From the IMG/VR virus record IMGVR_UViG_3300020172_002577, positions 1 through 34,632 of that record: DNA of 34,632 nt. One strand, 5' to 3'. Under the pieces are notes generated by a model that saw only the letters and a program-made list of their open reading frames with translations, was not told where the DNA came from and made no database searches. The translations under genes were made by a program, and so were the position numbers. Numbering within the stretch: the stretch's first letter is position 1; each line of letters begins with the position of its first letter. Below, one piece after another: positions 17,942 to 27,728 of this stretch. The DNA is from a virus. Taxonomy: Duplodnaviria > Caudoviricetes.

Positions 17942-19495
17942 ATGTCAGCAATTGTTACTGATCAATTCAGAATTTTGAATGCTAGTAATTTTGTGGATTC
18001 TGTTGAGTCTTCAGATAATTCATACTACATCACTGTCGGTTTACCAAATCCATCTATCGTTGGATTTGGTAGGTCTACGGCATGGAACACAAATACTCCT
18101 GCACCGATTGACAATCTTGCATACACTCACCATTATGGTGACACCATTTTATATGGTAAAAAAATAACTTCGGCAAATATTAGAAGAATTATTAGAAGGA
18201 TTGATTGGATTGCAGGAAGTAGATATGAAATGTATAGAGATGATTATAGTATTGTGACACCAAGTCCAATAACTAATTCTTCTAGATTATATGATGCAAA
18301 TTATTATGTAATGAACTCAGAGTATAGAGTTTACATATGCATTGAAAATGGTTCTAATGGGACTAATCTGCGAGGAAATGTCTCTCAGGATGAACCAACT
18401 TTTACAGATTTAGAACCATCAAGAGCTGGAACTAGTGGTGATGGATATATTTGGAAGTATCTTTTTACTATTTCACCAAGTGATATTATAAAATTTGATT
18501 CTACAGAATATATAACTGTTCCGAATGATTGGATGACTTCTACGAATTCGCAAATACAGGCGGTTAGAGAATCTGGTGATTCACTTTTAAATAATAATCA
18601 AATCAAGACAGTTTATATTGACAAATCTGGGTCAAATTATTCAAATGGTTTAGGTCAAGAAGTTCAAATAATTGGAGATGGTAGTGGTGCTAGAGTGCGA
18701 ATTGATGTTGAAAATGGTAGTATAACAGACACGGTAGTAACTTCTGGTGGAAAAGAATATAGCTATGCATTGGTTGATTTAGGTTCTATAAACATTAATG
18801 CGACTGGAAGTAATGCTAAGTTGGTTCCAATTATTCCTCCTTCAAGAGGGCATGGTTATGATGTTTACAATGAGTTAGGGACTGATAGAGTTCTAGTTTA
18901 TGCTAGATTTGATGATTCAACGAAAGATTTTCCAGTTGACACCAGTTTTGCACAGGTTGCAATTGTAAAAAATCCAACTTCAATTGGATCTACTCAAATA
19001 TACACAGATAATACTTTTACTGGTTTATATTCTTTAAAATTCTCATTGATATCTGGAACTCCAACTGTTGGCGAAAGAATAGAGCAAGTAGTTACTGGGG
19101 GAAGAGCATTTGGTTATGTTGCTTCATGGGATACTGAGACAAAAATTTTAAAATATTTTAGAGATAGATCACTATATTTTAATCAAACAACTTTTGATCA
19201 ACAAGATTATGTTGGTATTTCTACAAATGGAAGACCTTTATCCTTCGAATCATCCGCCAATCAAGTTATTGGCAAATCTTCTGGATTTACTGCCTCAATT
19301 GATACTGGTTTTTCTGGAATTTCGACTAATCCAACCGGATCGAAATTAATTAACTTAGGTGTTAATTTCACATCAGGTATGGCAAGTCCTGAAATAAATA
19401 AAGGATCTGGGGATATACTTTATATTGATAATCGCCCTTCTATCACTAGAAGTTTACGCCAAAAAGAAGACATCAAAATAGTACTGGAATTTTAA
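17942..19495 (+). CDS. gp8: Baseplate wedge subunit gp8
   Basis: MSAIVTDQFRILNA, RRIDW..G..Y.MY, YRVYICI.N, DGYIWKYLFTI and the C-terminal GDILYIDNR..ITRS..QKEDIKIVLEF. Confidence 0.93.
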   Translation: MSAIVTDQFRILNASNFVDSVESSDNSYYITVGLPNPSIVGFGRSTAWNTNTPAPIDNLAYTHHYGDTILYGKKITSANIRRIIRRIDWIAGSRYEMYRDDYSIVTPSPITNSSRLYDANYYVMNSEYRVYICIENGSNGTNLRGNVSQDEPTFTDLEPSRAGTSGDGYIWKYLFTISPSDIIKFDSTEYITVPNDWMTSTNSQIQAVRESGDSLLNNNQIKTVYIDKSGSNYSNGLGQEVQIIGDGSGARVRIDVENGSITDTVVTSGGKEYSYALVDLGSININATGSNAKLVPIIPPSRGHGYDVYNELGTDRVLVYARFDDSTKDFPVDTSFAQVAIVKNPTSIGSTQIYTDNTFTGLYSLKFSLISGTPTVGERIEQVVTGGRAFGYVASWDTETKILKYFRDRSLYFNQTTFDQQDYVGISTNGRPLSFESSANQVIGKSSGFTASIDTGFSGISTNPTGSKLINLGVNFTSGMASPEINKGSGDILYIDNRPSITRSLRQKEDIKIVLEF

Positions 19496-19498
19496 ACA

Positions 19499-22400
19499 AT
19501 GCCACAAAAGACTAACCTAAACGTAAATCCTTATTATGATGATTTCAATAAGGATGACAATTATTATAGAGTTCTGTTCAAACCTGGTAGACCAGTTCAG
19601 GCGAGAGAATTAACAGGTCTTCAATCGATCCTGCAAAATCAGATAGAATCATTCGGAAGTCATATCTTCAAAGAAGGTTCTATGGTGATTCCTGGCGGAG
19701 TTACCTGTGATAATGCATTTACAACAATTAAAGTAAATCCAGATCATTTAGGTATTGATGTTACTGTTTATTTGGAGTCATTAACAAACTATAATAATGG
19801 AAGAGGAACTAAGGTAAGGGGATTATCTTCTGGCGTTGTTGGTACGTTAAAGGGATATCTGCTACCACCAGAAGAAGGTGTAGAAGAGATCACAATTTTT
19901 GTAAAATACAATGATGGTGGAACTGACGGAGAAACTGTTGAGTTTTCTGATGGGGAAGTTTTAATATTAGAAGAAAATATTACATACGGAAATACGACTT
20001 TAAATAGTGGCGATAGTGTAATTACACTAGTTTCAACTGATGCAACTAACACTGGATATGCTGTTGGAGTATCAAGGGGAGTTTACTTCATTAGAGGAGT
20101 TTTTGTTGACGTTCCAAATACTCAAATTGTTTTAGATCCATATAGTAACGAACCATCATATCGTGTAGGATTTGATATTCTTGAAGAAATTGTTACTTCG
20201 GATGATGATCCAGATCTAAATGACAATGCCAGAGGTTTTACAAACTTTGCAGCTCCTGGTGCAGATAGATTGAAAATCAGCGTCAAATTATCCAAAAAGC
20301 AATTGTTGGATTATGATGATACTAATTTTGTAGAATTGGTAAAAGTTGATCAAGGAAAAATTAAAAAATTACAGAATAAGTCGGAATATAGTGTAATCAA
20401 AGAATATTTTGCAAAAAGAACCTTTGAAGAGTCTGGAAATTATGCAATAAACCCATTTACATTATCTGTTGCAAATTCTTTAAATGATGAAATTGGAAAT
20501 GGTGGATTATTTGTAGAAGGTCAAAGAACAGAGCAGGGAAATATTCCAAATGATGATTTAATGTGCGTTAAGGTTTCTTCTGGAACTGCATACGTTAAAG
20601 GATTTGATATTGATCTTGTAGGAACAACAGTTGTTGATGTAGAAAAACCAAGATCCGTTAAAAGAGTTGATGGAGCTCTTATTCCCTTTGCAATGGGAAG
20701 TTTGTTAAAAGTAAATAATGTTTGTGGTGTTCCATATATTAACATAGGAGCATCGGTTAGTGGGTCACAGACAACCCAAGCAAACATTATAGAACTTTAT
20801 AATAGGAGAAGAGATAGTAGCGGCCCTGGTCCAGGAACAGCAGGCGGAGGGGGATTAAAAATTGGTGAGGCACGTGTATATTGGTATGGAGTTGCAGACG
20901 CTCCTTACAGTGCTGATAGTACGGAATGGGATTTATATCTTTTTGATGTTCAAACATATACTACCCTCTATCTTGGAAGATCGTATACTACAACAGAAGT
21001 TCCTTTAACATCTTTTGTTAGAGGACTTTCTAGTGGAGCAACTGGTTACCTTTCAGCAAAACCAAATGGATCTGCATTTAGTTTATCACAAACTTCCGGA
21101 ACATTTTTAGTCGGTGAACAAGTTATAATTAATGAGAATCCGGAATTTAAAGTTGGTATTACTGCAATAAATTCATATACTATTGAAGATATTAAATCAG
21201 TATACCAAGACTCAACTGCTTTAAATTCTGCATTACAAACCGATTTCTTTGCAGACACAGTTCTTTACGAAAGAACTCCCCCAAACTTTTCTATTACCGA
21301 CAAATTAAATATTAATAGTGGTACTGGAAAAGTTCCTGGAAGATTTTTCTCAGGAACAACTGGCATTAAAACAGAAGCTATTATTAAATATCAAACTGGA
21401 GGACAAACAGATCCAAACTTTAATAGAATTACTTCAATAGCATCTAATGGAACTTCTATCAGCCTTGCTGCTGTCGGAGTTGCTATTACGTCCGTATGTA
21501 GAGCTAGTCAAGATGATGTAGATTCTGTATTCTCTTTAATGGAACCAAAAGTTACTAATTTGGTTTCATCAGGTCTTTATACAAATCTTCCAAAAATTAA
21601 TGTAGCATCTGTTGATTTATCAACATCTGATCTCACTATTACTAAACAAATCACCGGTAAGTCCACAAATAGTTCTGGTGAATTAACATTAACAGTTTCT
21701 GATGCATTAGATGTTAGTGCAGGAATTACTAGTGTATTTTTTGAATCTTTTGATGCAGAAAGATATTCAGTTCATTATGCCGATGGAACAACCGATCAAT
21801 TGACTGCCAGTAAGTTTACTCGCAGTGTAGATGGATCATCTATTACATTCACCAAACTTCAGACATCAAAATCAAATGTAACTGTTATCGTTACACTGCA
21901 AAAAAGACAAGTTTCAAATAAATCAAAAGATTTCATAAGAAGTAGTCAAGTATCTATTACTAGAACTAGTGGAATTTCAACACAAACTGGAACAACCTCA
22001 AGTGGATTATCAACTAGTAAATATTATGGCATAAGAGTTGAAGATAATGAAATATGCTTAAATGTACCAGATGTTGTAAATGTTAGGGCAGTTTATGAGT
22101 CAACAGATTCTTCTGCTCCAACTTTAGACAAATTAGAGTTTGCAACTGGATTAGCATTAGATAATAACTCTATTGTTGGTGAAAAAATTGTAGGTGAAAC
22201 TAGTAGAGCAGTTGGTCAGGTAGTTAATAAGACTGCAACAACCATAGAATTTGTTTATCTAAATCAAAATAATTTCCAGGTTGGTGAAGTAGTCAGATTT
22301 AAAGAATCTTCTATAACTGCAACTATTCAAATTTCAACGAAGGGTAATTATATTAATAGAACTTCAAATTATGTCTTAGATAAAGGGCATAATGAACAAT

Positions 22401-25400
22401 ACTGTGATTATTCTAGGATAAGAAGAAGATCGGGTAGTGCAATACCTTCTCGCCAATTATTAGTTGTTTACGATTACTATAAAATTTCCGCTGGAAATAG
22501 TGGGGATATATTCACAGTAAATTCATATACTGAAGACAGGTATGCTAGTGATATTCCATTACTTACTAATGGAACACGTGCTTCTGATATTATTGATTTT
22601 AGACCAAGAGTTTCTGCATTTGATCCATCTACTGCAACTTCATCTCCATTTGCATTTAGTTCTAGATCATATGAAAGTACCTACAGATATGTAATATCTC
22701 CGGACGAAACATCATTTATTGGGTATAGTTACTATTTGCCAAGAGTTGATCTTATAACAGTTAATCGTTTTGGTGAGATTGAGATTGTTAAAGGAGAATC
22801 TAGCGATACTCCACGTTCTCCAATTTTAGCAGATGATGCTATGGAATTGGCACAAATTAGATATCCTTCATACTTGTTCAATCCTCAAAAAGATCCACAA
22901 ATTCTATTGAGAGACAATAGAAGATTTACGATGAGAGATATTGCTAAATTGGAAGAGAGGATTGAAAATCTAGAAGAAGTTACTAGTTTGAGTATGCTTG
23001 AATTAAAAGCACAGACATTAGAAGTAACAGATGCTAATGGACTCAATAGATTTAAATCTGGATTTATTGTTAGCAGCTTTAAAGATAAGTCTCTTGCAGA
23101 TTCAAAATATAGCACTATTGATATTAGTGCTTCTGAGGCAACTGCAATTTCTCCCGTTGATTTTTGGTCACTATCAGCAGAACTGGCATTAGATCCAGGA
23201 ATTGATAAGGTAAAGGCAGATCTTACACAAAACCTCAAGTTATTAGATCCAAATATTCAAAAAACTGGCGATCTCCTAACATTAAAGTATGAAGAAGTTG
23301 ATTGGATTGAGCAACCACACGCAACTAATGTCGAAAACGTTAATCCATTTAATGTTATTGTTTTTGTGGGTGGAGTTGTTCTTGATCCAGCATCTGATAA
23401 TTGGGTTAGAACAATTTATATTGATGACCAAAGAACAGAATCAACAGGTGCAGAATGGTCCCAAGAAGCTCAAACAAACGTAAATGTTGATGTTAAAAAC
23501 GAACAAGGAAGAAAAGGAAGAATTTTAACAACTACTACTACAACTACCACTACTCAGTACACACCAAAATTAAATGGTCCAGCAAGAGAATTTAATTATG
23601 TAGAAGACGTAAAAATCAGCGGTAATATTGATCCATTTATGCGTTCTAGGAACGTATACTTTGCAGCAAATGGTCTTAGACCATTTACAAAACATTATCA
23701 TTACTTAGATAGTCAACAAGTTGATATTATTCCAAAACTCTGCGAAATTGAAATGCAATCTGGAACGTTCCAGGTATATGAAAATGCTCGCATATACTTT
23801 GGAGGAAAACAAATTGGATATATTAGAGTACAAAAACCAAAACATAAATTTGGTGATACAAGTAGACCAGATATTGGAGCTGGACTAGGTTCACCATCTG
23901 TTCTTGTTGAAGAATATAGTGTTGATCCATATGATAGAGCAAGATCAGCACCAGGAGATGCTTATTCACCAACTTCTAAACTAATTAATTTTGGTGTAAG
24001 AGTATTAGCAACTGAACCAGAAAAATATTATGGATATGTAACCGCAGGAGCAACAATTGTTGGAGAAACAAGTGGAGCAACTGCAAGAATTACAAAAGCA
24101 GATTTGATTTCAGATAACTGGGGAGATATTATTGCAAACTTCTTCTTCAGAGATCCAAATTCTAATCCACCACCAGCAGTAAAAGTTACCAGTGGAACAA
24201 AGACTATAAAAATTACTGCAGTTCCTCCCGGTGTCACACCATTACCAGGATCTACTGTTTTTGCTAGTGAGGCTATTGGAACTTACAGTGGATCTGGAAC
24301 TATCTTAACACAAGAAACTACAAGAGTTTCCGTAAGAAATCCACCCAAACCAGCAGCTTTACCAACAGATGTTAAAGTAGAAGTAAAAGCTCCTCATAGA
24401 GATCCATTAGCACAATCATTTACTGTTGATGGTAAGGGTGCATTCTTGACATCATTTGATCTTTATTTTGCAACTAAGGATCCTTCGGCAAAGATTTATA
24501 TTGAACTTAGAACGGTAGAATTGGGAACACCAACTTCTATATTGGTTCAAGATTATGCACAAGTTGCATTAAATCCAGATCAGATAAATGTTTCCGAGTC
24601 CGCATTTGGCGTTAAGAGTATGGCAGGATTTGATGATGCTGCTAGTGGATTTACACCTGGTCAATTTGGATATGAAAATGATTATCCTTACGCGAAGTCA
24701 TTAGGATTCTCTGATTCCGACATTAGATATTTCTTAGAAAATGTTTATACTGGAATTATTGGTCCTAAAATGCAAGATGTATTGAAAGATCAAAACTGGG
24801 GAAGATATGAAAAACCAACTATACCAGAACCAGTACCAACAAGAGTTCGTTTCCCATCTCCGGTTTACCTAGAATCTGGAAAAGAATATGCAATAGTAAT
24901 TCTTTCTCCGGCATCAGATGGATATGAAATGTGGACTGCCACTATGGGTCAGAAAACAGTTAAAACTAAAAATCTTCCTGATGTTCAAAATGTAGTGGTG
25001 ACAAAACAATACATTGGAGGATCTTTATTTAAATCTCAAAATGGAACTATTTGGACAGCAAGTCAATATCAAGATTTGACATTTAAACTTTATAAGGCAA
25101 AATTTGTACCATCCGGAACTTTAACATTCTATAATACTGATATTAATGCATTAGGAACAAATGTTTCCACACTTGTAAATAATCCAATTGAGGGTCTTCC
25201 TAGAAAATTAAAACTTCCTATTAGTGGTACTTTAAATGCTGCCGTTGTTCCTGGAACAAAAATTGGTCAGGGTTCAAGTCCAAGTATAACTGGAATTGTC
25301 GAAAATCTTGGTGGACCACTTTCATCGGTCAATGTTTTAACCGCAGGTTCTGGATATTCGGCATCGACTAATAGTGTTCCTCTTTATTCCATTACAGGTA

Positions 25401-27067
25401 AGGGTAGTGGTGCAATAGCAAATGTCACTGTTAGTTCTGGTAAAGTAACTGGACTGACTTTAACTTCAAATGGAAATGGATATGTAACTGGAGATATTCT
25501 GGGAATTACTACAAGCACTATTGGTAGTGGAAAAGGAGCTCAGGTTTCTGTTGTTAGTCGTGGCGCTGCGGATACGCTATACTTAACTGGCGTTCAAGGT
25601 GAGAATTTTACAAATACATCTTCCATTGTCTACTATACAAATCCACTAGTTGAATCGTCTAGAAGCAGTAGTGGAGCAACTGTAAATGGTACTTCATCTC
25701 TAATTGATGATAAATTCTCTGGGAATGTTTTTGGAATTAAGCAATATAATCATGCACATCATGGTGGTAATAATGTAGTTGAAGTTAAGAATGTTTTACC
25801 AGATAGAGAAAAAATTAGTTTAACAGCAGATTTTGGATTAAATGATGCGGTTGTTTCAGTTGCAAATACAACAGTATTTGGAAGATTTGAAGGAATAACC
25901 ACGAGTCGTGGTTATGCTTTAATAGAAAATGAGATTATATCTTACAGTGGAATAACTCAAACTTCTGGTAATGCCGGAACACTTACTATTGAGGCACGTG
26001 CATTAAATGGTACTGTTAAAACAACACATTCTACCACAGAGTTCATACAACCATATGAAGTAAATGGTGTTTCATTGATGAGAATCAATAAAGTTCATGA
26101 TATCCCTGCAACATATTATAACACCGAAAATTCTAATTTGGATAATTTCTTCTTAGAATTTGACAGATTAACTCCAACAAATAGAAGCAGTGGCGATTCA
26201 ATGATTAATTTTGACTCGCAAAAGGGATTTGGTGGTGATTCTGTTGGTGTTTCACAAAATCATCAATTCAGTTCAATTGAACCATTATTTAATATAATTA
26301 CTCCTGGTAAGGGAACTGCCGTGTCTTCACAGATAAGAACAATTTCCGGAACTAGTGCAGGCGGATCTGAGGTATCATTCTTAGATCTTGGATATGAACC
26401 AATTCAATTAAACACAGTTACACATTTCCCAACACCAAGACTGGTCGCTTCTAAAATAAATGAAACTACTAGACTGACAACACTCCCATCAAATAAATCT
26501 CTAACATTAAGAGTTGATTTTACAACAGAAGATGAAAATCTATCTCCAGTAATGGATTTACAAAATTCAACCTTTATTCTTGGTAGAAATAAATCCAATA
26601 ATCCAATTTCGGATTATGTTTTAGATTCTAGATCAAATGGACTTGATGGAGATCCACATGGATCAGTATTCGTAACACAAATTGTTTCTCTGGAACAACC
26701 AGCAACTAGTTTAAGACTTCTTGTTGCTGCAAATAGACAACCAGAAGCAGATTTTAGAGTATTCTATAGATTGTTCAAAGCTGATTCAAGTGACATTCCA
26801 CAAACATATACACCATTCCCTGGTTATGATAACCTATCTGACACTGATGGTGATGGTTTTGGTGATTTAGTTTTAGATGCATCCGCAAATACTGGAAGAG
26901 CTGATGCATTTGTAAATCCAGATGGACCAGAATCATTCTCTGAATATCAATTTACTGCGAATAATCTTGACCAGTTTAACGGATTTTCAATTAAAATTGT
27001 AATGTCTTCAACTAATGAATCGACACCAGTAAAACTTAAAGACTTTAGATGTATTGCATTGGCGTAA
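19499..27067 (+). CDS. Large virion structural protein, VrlC/DUF4815-like (2522 aa)
   Basis: N-terminal NLNVNPYYDDF...YYRVLFKPGRPVQARELT.LQSILQNQI, APGADRLKI, RRFTMRDI..LE.RIENLE, DPLAQSF and GSLFKSQNG..W; follows gp8 as in T4-like cyanophages. Confidence 0.85.
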   Translation: MPQKTNLNVNPYYDDFNKDDNYYRVLFKPGRPVQARELTGLQSILQNQIESFGSHIFKEGSMVIPGGVTCDNAFTTIKVNPDHLGIDVTVYLESLTNYNNGRGTKVRGLSSGVVGTLKGYLLPPEEGVEEITIFVKYNDGGTDGETVEFSDGEVLILEENITYGNTTLNSGDSVITLVSTDATNTGYAVGVSRGVYFIRGVFVDVPNTQIVLDPYSNEPSYRVGFDILEEIVTSDDDPDLNDNARGFTNFAAPGADRLKISVKLSKKQLLDYDDTNFVELVKVDQGKIKKLQNKSEYSVIKEYFAKRTFEESGNYAINPFTLSVANSLNDEIGNGGLFVEGQRTEQGNIPNDDLMCVKVSSGTAYVKGFDIDLVGTTVVDVEKPRSVKRVDGALIPFAMGSLLKVNNVCGVPYINIGASVSGSQTTQANIIELYNRRRDSSGPGPGTAGGGGLKIGEARVYWYGVADAPYSADSTEWDLYLFDVQTYTTLYLGRSYTTTEVPLTSFVRGLSSGATGYLSAKPNGSAFSLSQTSGTFLVGEQVIINENPEFKVGITAINSYTIEDIKSVYQDSTALNSALQTDFFADTVLYERTPPNFSITDKLNINSGTGKVPGRFFSGTTGIKTEAIIKYQTGGQTDPNFNRITSIASNGTSISLAAVGVAITSVCRASQDDVDSVFSLMEPKVTNLVSSGLYTNLPKINVASVDLSTSDLTITKQITGKSTNSSGELTLTVSDALDVSAGITSVFFESFDAERYSVHYADGTTDQLTASKFTRSVDGSSITFTKLQTSKSNVTVIVTLQKRQVSNKSKDFIRSSQVSITRTSGISTQTGTTSSGLSTSKYYGIRVEDNEICLNVPDVVNVRAVYESTDSSAPTLDKLEFATGLALDNNSIVGEKIVGETSRAVGQVVNKTATTIEFVYLNQNNFQVGEVVRFKESSITATIQISTKGNYINRTSNYVLDKGHNEQYCDYSRIRRRSGSAIPSRQLLVVYDYYKISAGNSGDIFTVNSYTEDRYASDIPLLTNGTRASDIIDFRPRVSAFDPSTATSSPFAFSSRSYESTYRYVISPDETSFIGYSYYLPRVDLITVNRFGEIEIVKGESSDTPRSPILADDAMELAQIRYPSYLFNPQKDPQILLRDNRRFTMRDIAKLEERIENLEEVTSLSMLELKAQTLEVTDANGLNRFKSGFIVSSFKDKSLADSKYSTIDISASEATAISPVDFWSLSAELALDPGIDKVKADLTQNLKLLDPNIQKTGDLLTLKYEEVDWIEQPHATNVENVNPFNVIVFVGGVVLDPASDNWVRTIYIDDQRTESTGAEWSQEAQTNVNVDVKNEQGRKGRILTTTTTTTTTQYTPKLNGPAREFNYVEDVKISGNIDPFMRSRNVYFAANGLRPFTKHYHYLDSQQVDIIPKLCEIEMQSGTFQVYENARIYFGGKQIGYIRVQKPKHKFGDTSRPDIGAGLGSPSVLVEEYSVDPYDRARSAPGDAYSPTSKLINFGVRVLATEPEKYYGYVTAGATIVGETSGATARITKADLISDNWGDIIANFFFRDPNSNPPPAVKVTSGTKTIKITAVPPGVTPLPGSTVFASEAIGTYSGSGTILTQETTRVSVRNPPKPAALPTDVKVEVKAPHRDPLAQSFTVDGKGAFLTSFDLYFATKDPSAKIYIELRTVELGTPTSILVQDYAQVALNPDQINVSESAFGVKSMAGFDDAASGFTPGQFGYENDYPYAKSLGFSDSDIRYFLENVYTGIIGPKMQDVLKDQNWGRYEKPTIPEPVPTRVRFPSPVYLESGKEYAIVILSPASDGYEMWTATMGQKTVKTKNLPDVQNVVVTKQYIGGSLFKSQNGTIWTASQYQDLTFKLYKAKFVPSGTLTFYNTDINALGTNVSTLVNNPIEGLPRKLKLPISGTLNAAVVPGTKIGQGSSPSITGIVENLGGPLSSVNVLTAGSGYSASTNSVPLYSITGKGSGAIANVTVSSGKVTGLTLTSNGNGYVTGDILGITTSTIGSGKGAQVSVVSRGAADTLYLTGVQGENFTNTSSIVYYTNPLVESSRSSSGATVNGTSSLIDDKFSGNVFGIKQYNHAHHGGNNVVEVKNVLPDREKISLTADFGLNDAVVSVANTTVFGRFEGITTSRGYALIENEIISYSGITQTSGNAGTLTIEARALNGTVKTTHSTTEFIQPYEVNGVSLMRINKVHDIPATYYNTENSNLDNFFLEFDRLTPTNRSSGDSMINFDSQKGFGGDSVGVSQNHQFSSIEPLFNIITPGKGTAVSSQIRTISGTSAGGSEVSFLDLGYEPIQLNTVTHFPTPRLVASKINETTRLTTLPSNKSLTLRVDFTTEDENLSPVMDLQNSTFILGRNKSNNPISDYVLDSRSNGLDGDPHGSVFVTQIVSLEQPATSLRLLVAANRQPEADFRVFYRLFKADSSDIPQTYTPFPGYDNLSDTDGDGFGDLVLDASANTGRADAFVNPDGPESFSEYQFTANNLDQFNGFSIKIVMSSTNESTPVKLKDFRCIALA

Positions 27068-27068
27068 T

Positions 27069-27284
27069 ATGGAAGATTCAAACTTAATACCTGTCGAAGG
27101 TCATAATAATCTTTTCAGAGATCGAAACACTGGCGCAATTCTTAATAAGGATAAGTCAGCATACTTAAACTATATAAGGTTGAAGGAGATCAAAGAAAAA
27201 GAAAAAAATGAAATAGACGAAATTAAGAAAGACATTGATGAGATTAAATCTTTATTGAAGGAGATTATTAATGGATCCAGATAA
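27069..27284 (+). CDS. Small hypothetical protein with C-terminal coiled coil (71 aa)
   Basis: ATG 1 nt after the VrlC-like stop. LIPVEGHNNLFRD..TGAILN is followed by the heptad EIDEIKKDIDEIKSLLKEI. Confidence 0.8.
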   Translation: MEDSNLIPVEGHNNLFRDRNTGAILNKDKSAYLNYIRLKEIKEKEKNEIDEIKKDIDEIKSLLKEIINGSR

Positions 27285-27471
27285 GATTAACTTAGAAAAT
27301 CTAAGTAAAAGTTTTGAATATTATAAGGCAGCGTCGGAAATTGACTCTATCGATTGTACTGATACTCTGAGAAATATTGCAAAATCTTATATAAAACTAT
27401 ACTTTAAGCAACAAGAGGTTATTTCTTCATTTGCGTCTTCTATTGAACCTTTTGGATTTGATGAAGTATAA
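27271..27471 (+). CDS. Small helical protein (66 aa), candidate divergent NblA-like
   Basis: SD-like AAGGAG upstream. The two-helix hydrophobic pattern L..LSKSFEY.....EIDSI....TLRNIAKSYIKLYFKQQEVI resembles NblA; function is inferred only. Confidence 0.6.
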   Translation: MDPDKINLENLSKSFEYYKAASEIDSIDCTDTLRNIAKSYIKLYFKQQEVISSFASSIEPFGFDEV

Positions 27472-27474
27472 ATA
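27467..27474 (+). promoter_or_regulatory. T4-like late promoter (TATAAATA)
   Basis: Perfect consensus overlapping the upstream stop, 26 nt before ATG 27501. Confidence 0.75.
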
Positions 27475-27500
27475 TATTTTAGATCCTGAACTGTTTATAA

Positions 27501-27728
27501 ATGGCAGAAATTAAGGTCAGAGTAGGACAACAACCTGCAGTAAAAGTTATATCTTCACTCGCCGGTGCTCAAGGTCTTTCTTTGTCTGAACTTAGTGACG
27601 TTAATGCTACGAATTTACTTGATGGTATGGTTCTTGTTTATAATGGTGCCACTAGAAAATGGGACGCTACATTAACCCTTACACCAGGGGCAACACAGAA
27701 TTTAGACATCAACGGGGGAAATTTCTAA
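27501..27728 (+). CDS. Small virion/fibre-associated protein (75 aa)
   Basis: LSELSDV....L.DG.VLVYN....KW fibre-type motif; ends DINGGNF. Confidence 0.75.
   Translation: MAEIKVRVGQQPAVKVISSLAGAQGLSLSELSDVNATNLLDGMVLVYNGATRKWDATLTLTPGATQNLDINGGNF

Noticed and set aside
27054-27068. Upstream start for ORF 27054..27284
   Set aside because: It overlaps the VrlC-like C-terminus; ATG 27069 is more plausible.
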